From NCBI GenBank assembly GCA_963750165.1, contig CAVVPN010000003.1:1184001-1248000 (forward strand): a stretch of 64,000 nt of DNA. The letters are read 5' to 3'. Both the position numbers and the translations under genes were made by a program. The notes under the pieces were generated by a model. That model saw only the letters and a list, made by a program, of their open reading frames with translations. It did not search any database and was not told where the DNA came from. Position 1 is the stretch's first letter; every line of letters starts with the position of its first letter. This document shows, in pieces, positions 59,879 to 64,000 of this stretch. Source of the stretch: an uncultured Gemmataceae bacterium. Lineage in GTDB: Bacteria; Planctomycetota; Planctomycetia; Gemmatales; Gemmataceae.

Positions 59879-61090
59879 CTACGCCCCGCCCTTCTTGTCC
59901 TTGCCGCCCTTGTCCTTCGTCTCCAGCTTCTCGTGCTTCTGCTTCGCCGGGTCGGTGCTCCAGATGTGGATGGTGCCGTCGTAACTGCAACTGATGAGCT
60001 TCTGCCCGTCGTTGCTGAACGCCACGCCCGTGATGGGCCGCGTGTGGCCGTGGATGTCCAGCACTTCCTTGCCGCTGTCGGCGTTCCAGACCTTGATGGT
60101 CTCCTCGTAGCCGCCGGCCGCCAGCTGCTTGCCGTCGCGACTGAACGCCACCGCCCAGACGCCCTCGCCCGCCTTCAACTTGTGCAGCTCCTTGCCGCTG
60201 GCCGTGTCGAAGACCAGCACCAGTCCGTCCTGACTGCCCGCCGCCAGCCGCGTGCCGGCCGGGTTGTACGCTACGCTCGTGACGCTCCGCTCCGGGCCCT
60301 TCAGCGTCAACACGTCCTTTTTGGCGGCCAGATCCCAGACCTTGATCGTCTTGTCCTCACTGCCCGACGCCAGCCGCTTGCCTTCCTTGTCGAACACCAC
60401 GCACAGCACCTGCCCGGTGTGCCCCGTCAGCGTGAACGCCACCTTGCCTGCGGCCAGGTCGTAGACGTTGATGGTCTTGTCGTCGCTGGCCGAGGCCAAC
60501 TGCTTGCCGTCCGGGCTGAACGCCACCGCCTCGATAAACTCGCCGTGCCCCTTCAGCGACGCCACCTCCTTACCGCTCTTGACCTCAAAGACCTTGATCT
60601 CGCCGACCCACTTGCCCTCGGCTTTCTTGTCGGCCTTCTTGTCCGGCTTGATGAACTTGCCGGCGGTTGCCGCGACCTTCGTGCCGTCCGGGCTGAACGC
60701 CACGCCCAGCACGCGATCCGGGAAGCCCTTGAAGGTCTGAATGTCCTTGCCGCTCTTGAGATCCCAGATCTTCACGGTGCGGTCGGCGCTGCCGGTCGCC
60801 AGCAGCGTGCCGTCCGGGCTCAGGGCCATCCGCGTGATGCCCTGCGTGTGGCCCTTGAAGGTGGCCTCCGGGATCGTCCGGGGCCGCGGTTTCTTTTCCT
60901 CAACGACCTTCTTGTCCTTGTCCTTGGCCGGGGCGTCCTTCTTCTTCTTGTCCTTGCCCTTCTGGGCCGGCTCGCCCTGGACGCTGAGGTCAAGGCCCTG
61001 GACCGCCAGCACCCCCACCAGCACCGCCGCCAAACACACCGCCAGCCGCTGCCAGCGGCCCCTACCCCTCGTCGCGCGCTCCACGGTCAT
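59879..61090 (-). CDS. Secreted 7-bladed WD40 protein
   Basis: Seven GH...SPDG...D.TIK.WD repeats after a signal/Lys-rich segment. Confidence 0.92.
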   Translation of the reverse strand: MTVERATRGRGRWQRLAVCLAAVLVGVLAVQGLDLSVQGEPAQKGKDKKKKDAPAKDKDKKVVEEKKPRPRTIPEATFKGHTQGITRMALSPDGTLLATGSADRTVKIWDLKSGKDIQTFKGFPDRVLGVAFSPDGTKVAATAGKFIKPDKKADKKAEGKWVGEIKVFEVKSGKEVASLKGHGEFIEAVAFSPDGKQLASASDDKTINVYDLAAGKVAFTLTGHTGQVLCVVFDKEGKRLASGSEDKTIKVWDLAAKKDVLTLKGPERSVTSVAYNPAGTRLAAGSQDGLVLVFDTASGKELHKLKAGEGVWAVAFSRDGKQLAAGGYEETIKVWNADSGKEVLDIHGHTRPITGVAFSNDGQKLISCSYDGTIHIWSTDPAKQKHEKLETKDKGGKDKKGGA

Positions 61091-61351
61091 GTTGCACCAC
61101 TCCTGGAATTGTCGTTGCCGAACCTGGTGGGATTGTCGCACAGCCGGCCCGGCGGTCAAGGGGCAGGGCGGCGCGAAAAAAATGAAAAATGACTGGCCAA
61201 CTGCCACAGCCGTGCTACAATAGCACTGTTTTATAGCGACGGTTGGTTCCGGTGATTCATTGGAACTCCCGTCGTTGTACGCTCTCCATTCATATTTGGC
61301 CTGTTCGACTCCCCGGGCGGGAAGTCGGACAGGCCGTTTTTGTTGCGCTCG

Positions 61352-62031
61352 TCACGGTTGCTGGCGTCGCTGTTGCAGCTGGGCCACGAAGGCGGCGTGT
61401 TCGGGCGAGTTCAAGCTCTGCGTGAGTGTGGCAGCAATTTGCGGAACGTTGTCCTGCCAAAATGCCGTTTCGTGAAGCCACAACCCCGGAAATTCCTGCG
61501 AACGCCAAACACCATCCGTTGGCGAGGCCGCCACCTGGTACGCCCCGTCCACCAACCGGTGCCAGCGCAACTCTTGCTCGAAAACCAGGACCGCCAAATA
61601 CTCCTGGACACCCTCTTCCTGGTAAAGTTCCAGCTTCTGGTGCAGGTCGTAGGCAGCGCTCGACAAGCACACCTCGGCCAGGAACTCCGGCACGCCCAAC
61701 GGGAAACGCCCTTGCATGACCGAGCGCCCGCCGTACTCCGGCAAAACGCGCAGTGACACGTCGGGTTGCGGGGCGTCCTCCCCCATCAACCAGGTGGCGT
61801 TCGCGGAGGCGGTGCAGCCTGGAGTGTAGCCAGAATAATGTTTGAGCCAGTAGCTGACCCGACAATCAACGTCCCCGTGTTCCAGGCTCGTCGGCGAAGG
61901 CATGTAAACGATCCCCCCAATCAATTCCGCGCGCTGAGATTCGGCATCGCGTCCCAGCGGCGCAGAAATTCCTCGCGGGTTAAGTTGTCGCCCTGCGACA
62001 GCGGCAACACCTGTTGTTCGACCGTGGACAT
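61352..62031 (-). CDS. Uma2-family endonuclease (frameshift near 61936)
   Basis: AAGGAG RBS, MSTVEQ...LTREEFLRRWDAMP, then RAELIGGIVYMPSP, PQPD, AEV, K.ELY...GVQEY. Confidence 0.88.
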
Positions 62032-62142
62032 TGCGGTTGTCTCCTTGAAGGGTTTCGGTCATTCTACCCGACCGGGGACCGCTTTGAAAAACCCACCCGT
62101 CACTTATAATGGCGGCAATCGCCCTGGCTTCGAGACCGAATC

Positions 62143-62961
62143 ATGACCGCTCCCATTCGCATCGGCGCCGTCAACTACCTCAACACCAAACCGCTCATTC
62201 ACGACCTCGCCGAGCTAGCGCCCGACGCGGAACTGCGGTTGGAGGTGCCCAGCCTGCTCGCCGACCAGCTGCATCGCGGCCACCTCGACGTGGCGCTCAT
62301 CCCGGTCATCGAATACTTTCGCCACGGCAACTACCGCATTGTCCCCGACCTCGCCATCGCCAGCCACGGCCCCGTCCTGAGCGTCACGCTGTTCAGCCGC
62401 GTTCCCTGGGCGGACATCCGCCGCGTCGCTCTCGATGCGGGATCGCGCACCAGCGCCGCCCTGACGCAAATCCTGCTGCGGCAGCGGCATAGCGTCCGCC
62501 CGGAGGTGGTGCCGCTGGCGCTCGACAGGGGCGCCGAGGACAGCGACGCCGACGCCGTGCTGCTCATCGGTGATCGGGCCATGCGCGCCTGCCTGCCCGG
62601 CTTCGCACACGCCTACGACCTCGGCCAGGAGTGGCACGACTGGGTGGGGCTGCCGTTCGTTTACGCCGTCTGGGCGGTGCGGCCCGGCATCGATCTCGGC
62701 CCGGTCGCCGCCGCGCTGCACGAGGCCAAACAGCGCGGTTGCCGCCACGTTGGCCAGATCGCCGCCCGCGAGGCGCCGCTGCTGGGCCTGGACGCCGGCT
62801 TTTGCCGCCGCTATCTGAGCAACATCATCCGCTTCGACCTGGGCTCCCGCGAGCTGGCGGGGCTGCACCACTATTACATGCTGGCGTGCGAACTGGGCCT
62901 GGCACGCCGGGGGGTGAATCTTGAACGCTACGAGCAACCGCATCTTGTCGAAAGCCGTTGA
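62143..62961 (+). CDS. mqnA: Chorismate dehydratase (futalosine pathway)
   Basis: IGAVNYLNTKPL, SRTS, LLIGDRA, DLGQEW..GLPFVYAVW. Confidence 0.93.
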   Translation: MTAPIRIGAVNYLNTKPLIHDLAELAPDAELRLEVPSLLADQLHRGHLDVALIPVIEYFRHGNYRIVPDLAIASHGPVLSVTLFSRVPWADIRRVALDAGSRTSAALTQILLRQRHSVRPEVVPLALDRGAEDSDADAVLLIGDRAMRACLPGFAHAYDLGQEWHDWVGLPFVYAVWAVRPGIDLGPVAAALHEAKQRGCRHVGQIAAREAPLLGLDAGFCRRYLSNIIRFDLGSRELAGLHHYYMLACELGLARRGVNLERYEQPHLVESR

Positions 62962-63991
62962 CGGCGGCCGACTGAGCTACGACGAGGGCTGTGCCCTGTT
63001 CGAGTGCCGCGACCTGGCCGCCCTCGGTGCTGCCGCCGACGCCGTGACGCGCCGGCTGCATCCCGAGCCGTACCGCACCTACAACATCGACCGCAACATC
63101 AATTACACCAACGTCTGCGCCGCCGTTTGTGACTTCTGCGCCTTCTATCGCAAGTCCGGTGACGCCGACGCCTACGTGCTGCCGCGCGAAGTGCTGTACC
63201 GGAAGATCGAGGAGACGATCGCGCTGGGCGGCGACCAGTCGCTATTGCAGGGCGGCAACCATCCGTCGCTGAAACTCGACTGGTACGAGGAGTTGCTGCG
63301 CGACCTGAAAGCCCGCTATCCGACGTTCAACCTGCACGCCTTCAGTGCCGCGGAACTGTGGCACTTCCACAAGCTGAACAAGCTGCCGCTGCGCGAGGTG
63401 CTGCGCCGCCTGAAGGACGCGGGCATGGGCAGCCTGCCCGGCGGCGGCGGTGAAATCCTCGTGGACCGCGTGCGCCAGGCGATCACCGTCAACAAATGTC
63501 TGACCGATGAGTGGCTGGAAGTGCATCGCACCTGGCACGAACTGGGTGGCCGCTCCACCTGCACGATGATGTTCGGCCACGTCGAGACATTGCCGGAGCG
63601 TGTCGAGACACTGGAGCGACTGCGGCAGTTGCAGGACGAGACGGGCGGCTTCACGGCGTTCATCTGCTGGACGTTTCAGCCGCAGCACACGGCCCTGGCG
63701 CACTTACCCCCGGCCGGCTCGTTCGAGTATCTGCGCACGCAGGCCATCGCCCGGCTGTACCTCGACAATATCTCCAACATTCAGTCGTCGTGGGTGACGC
63801 AGGGCCTGAAAGTCGGCCAGCTGGCGCTGCGCTTCGGCGCCAACGACATGGGCAGTCTGATGATCGAGGAGAACGTTGTGGCGTCGGCGGGCACGGTCCA
63901 TTACCTGACGCTGGAGCAGATCAAGAACGCCATCCGCGAGGTCGGTTACACGCCACGGCAGCGGAATGTGTTCTATGAATATCTTAACTGA
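62921..63991 (+). CDS. mqnC: Cyclic dehypoxanthinyl futalosine synthase (radical SAM)
   Basis: DRNINYTNVCAAVCDFCAFYR, NIQSSWVTQG, GANDMGSLMIEENVV. Confidence 0.93.
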   Translation: MNATSNRILSKAVDGGRLSYDEGCALFECRDLAALGAAADAVTRRLHPEPYRTYNIDRNINYTNVCAAVCDFCAFYRKSGDADAYVLPREVLYRKIEETIALGGDQSLLQGGNHPSLKLDWYEELLRDLKARYPTFNLHAFSAAELWHFHKLNKLPLREVLRRLKDAGMGSLPGGGGEILVDRVRQAITVNKCLTDEWLEVHRTWHELGGRSTCTMMFGHVETLPERVETLERLRQLQDETGGFTAFICWTFQPQHTALAHLPPAGSFEYLRTQAIARLYLDNISNIQSSWVTQGLKVGQLALRFGANDMGSLMIEENVVASAGTVHYLTLEQIKNAIREVGYTPRQRNVFYEYLN

Positions 63992-64000
63992 GGAGTCATT

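Noticed and set aside
1176..62031. Programmed frameshifting or mass pseudogenisation
   Set aside because: The shifts affect unrelated genes, lack slippery heptamers and leave both halves intact; sequencing error is more parsimonious

Overview
GC-rich bacterial chromosomal window. Gene content suggests Planctomycetota, probably Gemmataceae (inference from the ECF sigma factor with a long C-terminal extension, HEAT/WD40/PQQ-propeller proteins, BlaI/M56 pair, YTV-like protein, Uma2/Rpn nucleases and futalosine mqnA/mqnC). About 55 CDSs are supported; no rRNA, tRNA or CRISPR array was seen. Twelve genes/sites show 1-2 nt frameshifts, 11 of them at or next to GCGC, which most likely reflects long-read errors (possibly methylation-driven). 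Most notable observations: (1) an Rpn-family nuclease gene with an internal RBS+GTG, followed by a separately encoded, diverged duplicate of its C-terminal module (candidate orphan RpnS antitoxin); (2) two copies of a ~110-bp heptamer-armed hairpin with a compensatory base-pair change, lying between genes of an ABC exporter operon; (3) AGAGCGGTTC-ended MITE-like shells carrying REP doublets, one of them nested several levels deep; (4) a 181-bp direct repeat bracketing a GNAT gene, each copy holding a solitary type I-E-like CRISPR repeat; (5) a secreted Cys/Val/Thr/Pro repeat protein with mirror symmetry, suggesting one very long beta-hairpin; (6) a Gly/His-rich secreted protein linked to BlaI/BlaR1 and DUF4198; (7) a split ArgZ/AgrE-like arginine-to-proline gene pair. 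All family assignments come from motif recognition, not database searches.
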